Part shown: one piece after another, positions 52,700 to 64,000 of the stretch | How the letters are laid out: every line of letters starts with the position of its first letter | How positions within the stretch are numbered: the stretch's first letter is position 1 | Origin: Schmidtea polychroa | Taxonomy: Eukaryota | Assembly (NCBI GenBank): GCA_044892525.1 | Contig: CM097885.1 | Coordinates: 82,770,001-82,834,000, forward strand | Direction of reading: 5' to 3' | Length of the DNA stretch: 64,000 bases | Program-made: the position numbers and the translations under genes | Notes under the pieces: model-generated | The model's input: only the letters and a program-made list of their open reading frames with translations | Databases searched by the model: none | What the model was told of the DNA's origin: nothing

Positions 52700-53046
52700 G
52701 AGCCTAACAAAAGGCTTTTTGGCCTAATTGAATATTACAGGAGCTTCATAAATAACTTGTCGGCAATAGTGTTGGGCCCCGAGTCTTGCTCAAGAAGTGA
52801 CTTATAGAACCACAAATTTTACGAATCTCAGACTTTGAGAAACTATTCTCGGTCATGACAGATGCCAGTACTCAGGGTGTCGATGCTGTTGCCACAAGAA
52901 AGAAACTACACTGTGATAGAGATTTATCAATTTTTTATGCTATAAATCAGTTTAGAACTTACCCATGGATCGAAAGATCATTGTTTATACTGATATCATT
53001 GCAATTTTTTGAGATTGCATTGCCGGATGCGATAGGTTTAAAATGA
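52700..53046 (+). mobile_element. Gypsy RT-thumb/RNase H remnant
   Basis: KRLFGLIEYYRSFI; LRISDFEKLFSVMTDASTQGVDAV; YAINQFRTY; internal deletions. Confidence 0.82.
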
Positions 53047-53062
53047 ACAAAATATCATTAGA

Positions 53063-53585
53063 GATATTATCATTGTCAACACTTATGAATTCATATCTGA
53101 ATTTACGATACAAGGTAAACAGTTCACAGATGTGGAATCCAAGAACATCAAAGACCAAAAATGGCGAGCAACGATAATTCAAGAGAGAGATACACCAACG
53201 ATATACATGTCAGATTCGGAAACAGAAGCGATGAGATTTGTGAGAAAAGGTGAAAGTATTAAATGTGGGAAGGCCGTCATACAAACAAATTATGAAGGAA
53301 TTTACATCAGCGGAAGTGAAATAAGAGGCAAAATCAAAAATAGATAAATTTGATGTCAAACTAGCTTTATATTTTAATAATAAAATCGACTATTTCTATC
53401 ATCATCAGTTAGTACAATTGGACAAGATATACCAAGCAACTATCGCAAATGATTGTAAACTTAATAGAGAAATATTAAGAACAAAGATGGCGGTTGCAGT
53501 TACAAACCCAGATTTGATGGCAACAATTTTATTTGCAGAGAAATGGACATTTGCAAGAGTCGTCGGAGAAGTGATACAAACATAC
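53063..53585 (+). pseudogene. Class III viral fusion glycoprotein fragment (chuvirus G / gB-like env)
   Basis: AMRFVRKGESIKCGKAVIQTNYEGIYI, then after one frameshift near 53340 DVKLALYFNNKIDY...NDCKLNREILRTKMAVAVTNPDLMATILF..FARVVGEVIQTY. Same motif order as the chuvirus-G-type central helix (recognised by eye). Confidence 0.7.
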
Positions 53586-54522
53586 TAAAGCACCTCTACA
53601 TCTAATCCCAGCTACAACATCACCAATGGAACTGTGCGCAATGGATTTTTTGTGTAAACTACCCACAACAATTAACGGGAATAAACACATACTAATTTTT
53701 AGCGATTATTTTACTAAATAAGCAGAGGCATTTCCTACTAAAGATGAAACAGCGGAAACAGTGGCTAAATTATTTGTAGAAAAAATAATCTTTAAAATCG
53801 GTACACCGAGGAAACTATTAACAGATAAAGGAGAAAATTTCATGAGTGAAACTATAAAAAGAGTAGCTAATATATTTAACATGCATAAAATTAACACAAC
53901 AGAATATCACCCTCAAACTGATGGGTTAGTAGAAAGATTCAACGGGACATTGCCGTGTTTGTGGGATAAAACCAAAATGATTGGGATGAATACGTTAATC
54001 AATGCACATACATTCATAATATCACACCCAATGAGACAACGTGATATTCACCAAATTTTTTTTATGTTGTTAAGAGAGCCTGCGACACCAATCGATACAA
54101 TTTTTGAGCCTCGATTATCACAATATCTAGATGCGCCAGATTATGTAACATTAATGCAAGAGAGATTGCAAGAGGTATATAAAGTTGCAAATTTAAAAGT
54201 TAAATTTAGACAAGAACAGTGTAAGGCAGACTATGGTAAAAATAGCAAACCTCATACTTTTAAAGTGGGAGATAAGGTTAGACTTATGTCTCCACAAGTA
54301 GGTAAATGCAAAACAACTAAATTAGCAAGAGCATTTCAAGAACCATACGAAGTGGTAAAAGTAGTACATGAAAACCTGCATCTACAAAAACATAAAAATG
54401 AGTATCCTATAATAGTACATGTTAATAGATGTAAATTAGCAGAAACAGAGTTAGTAGTAAAACCACGTCACAAATATGGACTACGATCACGAAAAGCATT
54501 AATGATGGCGGTAACGTTTTAA
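53584..54522 (+). mobile_element. Gypsy integrase core and C-terminal domain (decayed)
   Basis: KAPLHLIP..CAMDFL...LLTDKGENF...YHPQTDGLVERFNGTL (D,D,E); stop at 53719; compensating frameshifts near 53.96-54.06 kb; the HHCC finger is missing. Confidence 0.92.
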
Positions 54523-55204
54523 CTATTATAGGGTTATGTAGATCAACTGAAATAGAAAATAAAAACATACACTCAGTAGAGCACATGGCTGGAGACATTT
54601 TAATTAACATTTTACCTTATAATATTAAAGTATATAACAGAAATAAATCAACAATAAGAGACTTATATCTAGAAACTAGGAAATATATACCTAAACTTAT
54701 GAAAAAAATTGAGAATAGATCAACTGATGAATTTGAAAGAGGAGATAGTGTTGAATTCATAAATTTACAACCTAACACTAATTACACTCTCTGTGCACAA
54801 TGGAATACCTTAGTTGACACATCACAAATAAGGTGCAAAAGAATAAGAACCACTATAACAAACATATATAAACCCATAAAAAATAACATACAAACAACCA
54901 TCATAACAACAACTACCACAAATTCAATATCCACCCAACAGTCATTACAAACGATAACAAGCATAGACAAAGAAACGACATATGAAGCTGTTAGACAGGT
55001 ATATAAAAAAATTTGATAAAATTACCTACGGGGAAACCAATAATTATAAATAACTGGAATGAATTACAAGTTTTTCAAAATAAAGCAAGTAAGCCACAAT
55101 GGCCTTTTTACATGATAGCTACAAGTGTGTTATCATTCGCAATTTTAGCAATAGTCACCAGTGTACAAGTTTATAAAAAGTACAAGTGGAAAAGGCAGCG
55201 GTAA
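54502..55204 (+). pseudogene. Type I membrane-protein-like ORF (signal-like segment, FN3-like region, Thr-rich stalk, TM), frameshifted twice
   Basis: With a 1-nt correction at 54519: MMAVTFLTIIGLCRS..., VEFINLQPNTNYTLC, TTIITTTTTNS, then after an A-run slip near 55010 WPFYMIATSVLSFAILAIVTSVQVY-KKYKWKRQR. Confidence 0.6.
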
Positions 55205-55438
55205 CTTCAAAAATTTCAAAAATTATGTAAATTGGTCAATGATATATAATAAAAGTATATATATTAGTATTTATATAACTGCGTATAAGGGTAAGCCTCA
55301 AATGCGCAACAAGATTAATATTTATTATTTGTTTTTAGACTAAAAGTAAGATATACCCAAATTCAATCCAATCAAAGCAATCATCAGAAAATTCAAACAA
55401 GTCAATTTTATCAAATTAATCCTCAAGAAGACAAGCCA

Positions 55439-57400
55439 ATGAACCCAAAAAAAATCACAGTACATCAGTTCATATGCATTCGCAAAGAACCCAAGTACAG
55501 CGCAATCCTGAAACCCACAAAATAAGAAATACGTGCCAATAATCCATAAGCATTACAAGAGCTTCTACAAAAATTTACAAAACAAGATCAGCACGGATGG
55601 CACTCCTACCAACCAAGTCTGTATCCCAAACGATATGAAGGTTGAGATTGAAAAGCGAGAACTTCATCTCATCAAATTTAATGAAGCCCGAAGAATAAAA
55701 CTTAAAGACCTCATTGGAACATTCGATCAGTTCTCAAATGCGGAAGAGACAGTAGCAGAAGGAAAAAGGGTACCCCACAGAATACTGTTTCACATCATGA
55801 AAACAGAAGTGTCGATCTGTCAAGATAGAACACCCTTAATAACTACGAACAACTGTACGATAATGATCAAAACAATAAAAAATGATCGTAGTGTCCCAAA
55901 AGAATTTAATCATTTAATCGTAAAAATGAATAATTTACCGTGCGTAATAGCAATTGAGATATTGTTCATATCTAAAATCCTGAATCCTTTCAGAGAGTTA
56001 GAAGTCATTAAATCCACAATCCAATTACAAGGAGATGCAATCAACAGAAAAATATCCTTTACCCATCAAGATCTATCAACAACAGAAAAACATCAACGCC
56101 TCATGTTCGTGGAGGAAAGGGACATCAATAATAATCTAAAACCCGTAATGATATGTATCCGAAATTCAAATGGCTCTGTTAGTATATGATAAAAGAATCA
56201 CGCCCGGACAAAAGTCTTACACTACTATCCTGAAAAAACGGAGTCAAATAAAGAAAACATTGTTGGCAACGAGGATGAATATCAGGCACTCATTGATATC
56301 CAAAAATTACTATGTGTAAAGATAGTAGTAGGATACAAAATCATGGATAAACTAAAAGCCTTAACTCTACATTTGGACAATGTGATGGGAGTAAGAGAAA
56401 TGGCAAATGATGCATTCTTGAAATCATTCGTAAAGAAAGTAGCTCCCCATAAAATCAAATTATCAAATCTAGCCTACCAAGTCATCAAACATCACAAAAG
56501 GTGGTATAAAGACAAAGCAATAAATGAAATACTAATGAAACCTGAACCTTTTTCGGCAAGACATACCACAGCAATCCTGAAAGTCATTTATGACATCGTT
56601 GAAACACAGTGGGAGGAAGTGGTGAAATGGAATGCAGCATCAGAATATCCACAATCAACAGCAACAAGAGACGATGATCTATATATGGAAGATGAAGATA
56701 TATATATATATATATATTGAGCCCTCACAATTTGAACTGAAATTCCGCAGAGATCGAACTCAAAGGACGTTCGAAAACGAGCTAGAGGATAGCGACGATG
56801 ATTTAATATTCATATCGGAAGAAAGGCAGGAAACTGTGCAAACAGTTAAACTCGAACCACAGGAAAAACGAACCTACAGAAAGATGATAACAGAGTGCGA
56901 TCTAGACTCGGATGAAGAATACTTCTCGGCAGAAGAACAAGACAGTGGAGAAGAAGAAGACACAATGAGCGTCGATGAACCAAAAGATGAACTGGGGCCA
57001 GAACCTGATATCAACATAGAAGAGCCACATTTTATAATTGAAAAAGTGAAACAACAAATCACAGAAAAGAGTTGACTCGTCATTTCGGGAGACGAATAAA
57101 CGAGGGTGATATCTTGAATATCGCATTGGGCAAAGGATTCAATCGAACGATAATGTCCATTTAAGACTGCGAAATAGAGTTAGTTCGTAGTATAAAAGAT
57201 AATACGGACATTATCTTGACGGCCCAGGGAGGAATGTTGGATGATGAGGGTAGGACCATCACCACATTCATATTAAATAAGTATTACAAAACAGGGCCTA
57301 AAATTTATAGAATTAACGTATGTGCCGAAGAAAAACGATAGATCAGTATGAGAGGCCAACAATATCAGTCCAATCCAACACAATGCAGAAGCAATCAAAT
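55439..57400 (+). pseudogene. Orphan long ORF, copy A (fragmented)
   Basis: ORF-track pieces 55533-56189, 56343-56720 and 56632-57075, plus flanking frames, join across frameshifts (one at a (TA)n tract near 56700); colinear with copy B. Confidence 0.6.
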
Positions 57401-58575
57401 GTATATATCGAACTGACAATCATTTGTGAATCTAACTGACAATCATTTGTGATTATCCCTTGTGTTATTTTATTTACAATCAACTATTTATATTTTTTAT
57501 TATTGGTGTACGTTTTAATTATTTTATATTATATATACATTATTGAATAATCTGAATATACGGTTTGTGTATCTTTTTGTGTGAGTTTATGCTACATATT
57601 TAATATTTTACAAAAGGGCAGATTAAATTATAACTACAGGAAAATAATTACCAATATTATTATAATTATAAATTAAAATCATTTAGATCATTAACAGAAC
57701 GTCATATGAATATATTTTATAAAAACATCTGTTTTAATAGCTTGAAAAAAATTAATATAAAAATTATATAATATTATAGACATACGAATAAATATGGAAT
57801 ATATTTTGTAAAAACATCTGTCTTAATAGCTTGGAAAAAATTAATATAAAATATTATTGACATGAATAAATTTATATAATAATATTCCGTGCGAATAAGC
57901 CGGAAATTAAAATATTTTATTTTATTAAAATTTGGAGTGGTATAAATACCCCAAAAAAATTTAATAAATTCGCAAAAAATTAGCGTCTTAACTATTCAAA
58001 GGATAATCACTTTCACAATTTAAAAATTCACTTAATTATTGGCTCAAATTTAATTTAAATTTTAATGATTTTTTCTTTCATCATTAAACCTGTTAAATAA
58101 AGATCAAAATCTTTAGAAAATTGAAATCAAATCTTCCAGAAAAATTCCAACAAAAGTAGAAAGCTTAAATTCAAAGTTTTCTGTGGAAATAATGCAACTT
58201 GAAATGAAGGATCTATGAGATTATTTCCAAGCATTTTACAATTAATCCCACGACCGTTGAATGGGAAAAGAATTAGCAGCTGCAAGGTATTCACCAAAAT
58301 TTTTAATAACGAAACACTGAATACCCCAAATGTTTCTTAAGATCATGCTATTAATAAATTATTCTTGATGTTTCCAGGAATCAACCTTTCCATTCTTCAA
58401 TTACATTCTCGTTTCCATAAGGAAATTACTGTAGCGGTTATAATTATCGAGTTTTTACCTTATAACAAGATATCAAAGCAATCTTCAAAACAACCAATCA
58501 ATTCAATCCAATCAAAGCAATCCTCAAAAGAATCAATCAATTCAATTCAATCAAATTAATCCTCAAAAAAAGCCA

Positions 58576-60235
58576 ATGTACCCAAATAAAAATAACAATA
58601 CATCAACCCATATGCATTCGCAAAAAATAAGTACAGCGCAATCCTGAAAGTCACAAAACAAAAAAATACGTGCCAATGATGCAAAAACATTACAAAAGCT
58701 TCTATAAGAATTTGCAGAACAAGATCAGCACGAATGGCACTCCTATCGCAATTAGAAGCTTTCCCAATCAAGTGTGTATCCCAAATGACATGAAGGTCGA
58801 AATTGAGGAGCGAGACTTCATCTCATCAAATTTAATGAAGCCCGAAGAATAAAACTTAAAGATCTAATTGGAACATTTGATCAGTTCCCGGACGCGGAAG
58901 AGGCAGTAACAGAAGGGAAAAGGGTACCCCACAGAATACTGTTCCACGTCACAAAAACAGAATTGTCTATCTGTCAAGACAGAATACCCTTAATAACCAC
59001 CAGTAACTGTACGGTAATGATCAAGACAATAAAAAATGATCGCAGTGTCCCAAACGAATTCAATCATTTAATATTTTAAATGAACAATTTACCGTGTGTA
59101 ATAGCGATTGAGATATTATTCATACCTACGATCTCGAACCCTTTCCAAGAGTTAATAACAATCAAAACCAACATTCAAGCCACAGATGACCTTATCAATA
59201 ACAAAACGTCATTCACCCATCAAGATTTATCCCAGACAGAGAAACGAAAACTCATCATGTTTGTAGATGCACGAATGATTTGCGATATCAACAACAATCA
59301 AAGGCCAGGGGGGTGTGTATCGGAAATTTCAAAAGAATAGTCATGCATGACAAGAAGATCACACCAAGAACAAATGTTTTGCATTATTACCCAGAGAAGA
59401 CGGAAGCCAGCAAAGAAAATATAATTGGCAATGAAGACGAGTACCGTGCACTCGTCGATATACCGGAACTCTTATGCGGGAAAATTAGAGTAAGCTAAGA
59501 CATCATAAACAAATTAAAGGCATTGACATTGGATCTAACCAATATAATGGGAGTTAGAGAGATGGCGAATGATGCATTCATAACATCATTTGTGAAGAAA
59601 GTAGCGCCCCACAAAAGCAAAATATCAATATCAATATCAATATCAAAATATAAATATCAGAAATTCGACAAAGAAAGATTAATGGAATGCGATCTCGATT
59701 CTGAGGACGAATATTTTTCAATGGAGGAAAACAGGGAGGAAGACGAAAAAATGAATACGGAAGAATCCACAGAAGAGTTGGGACCAGAACTAGATATCGA
59801 TATAGAAGAGCCTCACTTCGTGATTGAAAAAGAAAAAGTAATACTCACAGAAAAGGAGCTATCTCGTCATTTCGGTAGACGAATAAACGGGGGGCGGATG
59901 TCTTGAGTATGGCATTAGGAAAAGGATTCAACAGAGCAAAGATGTTAATCCAGGATTGCGAAATCGAATTGGTGAAAAGCATCAGAATAATGCGGACATT
60001 ATCTTGACGGTCCAGGGAGGAATGTTGGATGATGAGGGTATGCCCATCAACACATTCAACCTTAACAAGTATTATAAGACAGGGCCCAGAAGATAGAGGC
60101 CCAACGTATGTGCTGAAGAAAGGCAATAGATGGGATTTCAAGAAGCTCAGTCAGTATCAAGCCAAGTCAAATGCAACCCAATTCAATCAATTCGAAATCA
60201 AACCAACCTATCCCATACGAACTATATTTATGTGA
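58576..60235 (+). pseudogene. Orphan long ORF, copy B (fragmented, internally deleted)
   Basis: Pieces 58670-58852, 59080-59340, 59280-59498, 59523-59906 and later frames share peptides with copy A (HYKSFYKNLQNKIS, GKRVPHRILFH, MNNLPCVIAIEILF, MGVREMANDAF, ECDLDS, GGMLDDEG). Confidence 0.6.
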
Positions 60236-60630
60236 TATATCTGTTGACTATTTTATTGACGATTTCACATTTCTATTTTATTTTTATGATAACTGACTGT
60301 TTTATTGTTATAAATTTCTCTATTCGGTGTATATTGTATTTATCAACTCTTATTGTATATATTGATCATTCTTTATGATATATCTTATTTAGCAAATTTT
60401 ATTCTTTAATATAATGTACATATATGGTTTTGTGGTATTATTAAAAAATTATTACAAATTTAACATTTTAATATAAAGGGGCTAAACAAATAAAACATAG
60501 ATATTAATTAAATATAATATTATTATAAAAAATTAAATAACTTATTAGTATAAAAAAATCATTAAAAGTAAGAAACATATTAATATTAAGATATTAATAT
60601 TATATTAAAATATAGCACCCAATAAGATAA

Positions 60631-60852
60631 TACCAGATTTCAAAACAACCACCAGAAGCTGATATATCAAGTTCAAGTACCACCCTTCATATATGTAAAT
60701 GGTGTCAAATAGGATACTGTAATAATAATAGGACCACGACTATTTGTAATACTTGCAAAAAACTTGTATGTGGACAATGTACACAAAGCAAAATCTACGT
60801 ATGTAAAAATTGTGGCAAACTACTACTTTATAGGTTTCTAATTCAGAATTGA
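60631..60852 (+). mobile_element. piggyBac-type C-terminal cysteine-rich domain, isolated fragment
   Basis: HICKWCQIGYCNNNRTTTICNTCKKLVCGQCTQSKIYVCKNC; open frame not in the ORF track (no ATG); no adjacent DDD core. Confidence 0.65.
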
Positions 60853-61081
60853 AATGAAATTTTAAAATCCTGATTATGTTATCCTTACTGTGCTCTTTAT
60901 TATACAATATAGTAATAAAAAATATGTATCTTATGTGTGGATATGACTCGAATATTTTTATGTTTCAATTAACTAACCAATAAATTTATAATTAATAAAA
61001 TATATTACAAATTCACCTAATTGAAGTAGTTTGTATTTTAAAAAATTATATAAAGACTGGAAAACCCTACCAACCATTTTT

Positions 61082-61110
61082 CCAATACCAGTCATTTTGA
61101 CTGGTATTGG
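61082..61110. repeat. Perfect 13-bp hairpin
   Basis: CCAATACCAGTCA-TTT-TGACTGGTATTGG. Confidence 0.85.
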
Positions 61111-64000
61111 TATAACTGACATTGTTAAATTGTCGGTAAATCTAGTGTTAAATAAATTTAAAATACATAATTTTTATAAATTTAAGTTTTAGGTTTGATT
61201 ATTTTGGTTAAGATTTTTTCTAGAAATAAATAAAAAGCCCAAAATTGAATTCGTATTAGAGCCGGAGGTGGAGCCACAGCTTTCATTTGAAAAATTAGCT
61301 CCGGAGTCGAACCTGGAGCTAAGTCAATATTACTCAAGATCCCCAGCCCTGACAACAATACCAGGCTGACATTGTTCAATTACAATTTAACCGATCCTGT
61401 GTGATGAAGCATCTCTGGATACACGCTATTAAAAAACCATTCACGGTTTTTGTTTCTGGAGCCACTGAATCAATTCTGTTACTTAAGCATTCAAATCTCG
61501 GCGATAAAAAATTTTGACGAGCAAGTGACGAATTTCTCGGTACAATGCGAAGGTGTAGAAATCATTGGAAATACCAGAAACGATCAAAATTCAAATGGTT
61601 AAACGAGTCCATGTGGATATACAATGTTAACGAAAATGACCCCAAAACATTCAAATCATTTGTACGAAGAGACCTCTCCCGGAACAAGATAATCTCACTA
61701 TCTTCGGGGCAGCCCGTTTTCTGCGACAATTTCTGAAGTTAACGTTAGTAGTCGATTCAATCATGCTATTTAACGGAAACTTTATCCTAAATACACGAGT
61801 CACGCCCAGGCTGCCGGTCAAGATATGACCTAGAAAGAGTTTGGAGGCGAAAATCACTCCGAACTATGGCGGTAAAATCATCGTGGGTTTGTTATTTAAA
61901 GAGTTGTTGGATGAAGTACTAGAATTAATAAGACCAAAATGTCTCGAAACTAGATAATTAAACAATGTAAATTTTATCCATAGCAATGAGTTTTTAGCAT
62001 CTCTATTAATCGATGTTGAATAATAAACATTTTTAAAATTCGCCAGAGTTAATATATCCATTTCCATTTTGATTCAACAATTGAAAAGCAGTTCTTAGAT
62101 TTTATGTATCTGCATCATAAGGCTTCTATAAATTTCAATAAGGCCGTCAAGCGGATCACTACAGAGTTGATAACATGACACCAGAAAACAGGAAAACATA
62201 GTTCCTTCAGAAATAAATCGCCAAAATAAAAACCACTATATGTAAATCTGATCAAAGTACGATGGATCCGGACAAAAGTAAAGTTATATCCTAGAACCCT
62301 AGTCGCAGCAAAAATTGTTCAGGATACCCAAACAAGACTCACTATTACCGCCAACTATTTCCGTAGAAGATGTAGAAGAATACGCTACTCTGAAAGCAAT
62401 AACGAAGACGATTGTCTCAAAATCATCTTCACCAATCAGGGGTAAGTAGTCAAATCAAATACGAGGACGCTAAAAGCCCCAAAACCCACTAAGAAATTAG
62501 TAGAGCGAGTTACAAAAATACTCGAGGCTCTTACTCCTTTGGTAGACCAGAAATACGGCGCTGCATGTAACTTACCACTTGTGCTTAAGTTACAAGACTT
62601 AAAATGCAAAAAAACAGGCCACGATGGCCACTGAGGAAAACAAGACAACTAGTGGCGCAACTACAATTTCTGTGCCCGTAGACACCAAAAAAAGTGTTAG
62701 TCGGCATTTCACAAATAAGAAATAAACTCAAAGTGAGCATGCAAATTCAATAAGCTAGAAATGAAATGAAATAAATTTGACGTTTGAAATTTGATTTGAA
62801 ATGTAATCAAAATGTAGTAGATGGTAGTCTTTTTATAAAGTAAAATGTAGCAAGAATTGTATTAGAAGCAAATTTTTCTTAAACTTCTAGTAAAGATTTT
62901 CCTAAATATTTAATAAATTTTTCTAAATTTCTAGTAAACTCCAATTTTTTGTGCATCCTTTAACGCCTTGCGTCCTAGCATTTGCTCACTTCACTTATAT
63001 ATAGTTAAGCTTGTGGAAGAAATTGAAGAAAGAGTAATATCAAAGAGTAGTTATTCCTATGAAAACAAAAATGAAAGGTAGAGTGAGTTTTCATTTTCAG
63101 ATCCAAAAAGCCTTGATCTTGAGAGCCATGAGAAAGCCGTTCGGACTACATTCGAACTTGAACTCGAGCGGGTGTGTAATTGCTGCATAAGAATGAATGT
63201 TGTTTAAATAGTTGGACTTGAGAAAAGCGCGGTTTTCAAATAAAAAAATATATTGTATATTTAATAAACATTATTGTTCGGTTTTGATGGAAAATCAAAT
63301 TTACATTATGAATTAATTATTAATATATGCATTTAATTTCCTTTATGATTGGAATGTTGTTCTTCACATTAGAGTAAATTTGGATTCTATTTTTTAAACT
63401 ATTTCATTCAATTATTTATAACCCTTTTTTAGACTGATAAAGTTTATTCACAAAATAAGAACAGGGCAACAGTGAACAAATAAAATCAACCGATTTTAAA
63501 TGATAACTCTCCAATGTACAACATATTAAGTTCCATGGTGAGAAAGTTAAGAGAATTGCTTGTTAAAAGAATATACGGTATGTCTAATATTATACAATTT
63601 TACTTTAAAGTAAATTATCATTGTATTATATCTAATAAATAATTATTGCTTATATTTATTTATGAGTGGCTCTTTGACAAAATATTTAATTGTTCAATTT
63701 TGTTAACGTTTAATGAGTTCCTAATATCAGGAAATTCGTTTGATGTGCTTCTAAATACGAATTACTTTTATAACAGGCGGATTAAAGATAAAACTTTGAC
63801 CATGAACGAACATACCATTTCAGTTAATGTACTTTTTTAATTTTAGAGTGAAAATAACACAGCCAAGGCGTTTGACGTCTTGAGAGGTCTGTGTTTCTAT
63901 AAATCATGGCTGGAAAAAGTGCGGTCTTTTAAATATTAGTTGGATGATGAGGATAAGATCATCCCAACGTTTGTCCTAAATAAATACTATAGAACATGAA

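Noticed and set aside
54516-54523. Programmed -1 frameshift at GTTTTAAC linking pol to the membrane ORF
   Set aside because: Does not fit the X XXY YYZ slippery pattern in the pol frame; a 1-nt deletion is simpler.
51139-57952. Recurrent GTATAAATACC motif (about 51140, 52102, 57940) as element promoters
   Set aside because: Expected by chance in sequence this AT-rich; positions relative to the ORFs are inconsistent.
61500-62650. Possible gag remnant with degenerate knuckle (KCKKTGH)
   Set aside because: Many stops and frameshifts and an incomplete CCHC; cannot be assigned.
63000-63940. Candidate exons DPKSLDLESHEKAVRTTFELELER and SENNTAKAFDVLRGLCFYKSWLEK
   Set aside because: Splice signals plausible but no recognisable family, and the model runs to the window edge.

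Overview
Very AT-rich eukaryotic scaffold with seven N-gaps (about 590-853, 3144-3386, 20931-21073, 25834-26001, 31798-31934, 36226-36383, 39971-40101). The 40-50 nt introns, (AAT)n microsatellites and gene sequences suggest a flatworm, probably a planarian; this is an inference. Two host genes can be reconstructed by hand. (1) Complexin on the minus strand: coding exons 9758-9812 and 2197-2354; the last exon was not found. (2) A 9-exon, 671-aa calpain-5/TRA-3-type gene (CysPc-C2L-C2) on the plus strand at 25052-46631; its frame is intact but the catalytic Cys and Asn are replaced. The rest is mostly transposon-derived: an apparently intact pogo-type element (41433-44082) whose transposase has an OTU-like C-terminal extension; a young hAT element with a perfect 8-bp TSD (16514-19843); hAT, mariner, piggyBac and Gypsy relics; several MITEs; a non-autonomous Helitron; an actin pseudogene; and a minimal hammerhead ribozyme in the complexin intron. 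The most unusual region is about 52.7-60.4 kb. There a decayed Gypsy pol sits with a chuvirus/gB-like class III fusion-glycoprotein fragment, an FN3-mucin-TM membrane-protein ORF, and two diverged tandem copies of a long orphan ORF. No rRNA, tRNA or CRISPR array was seen. All family assignments come from manual translation and motif recognition; no database searches were run.
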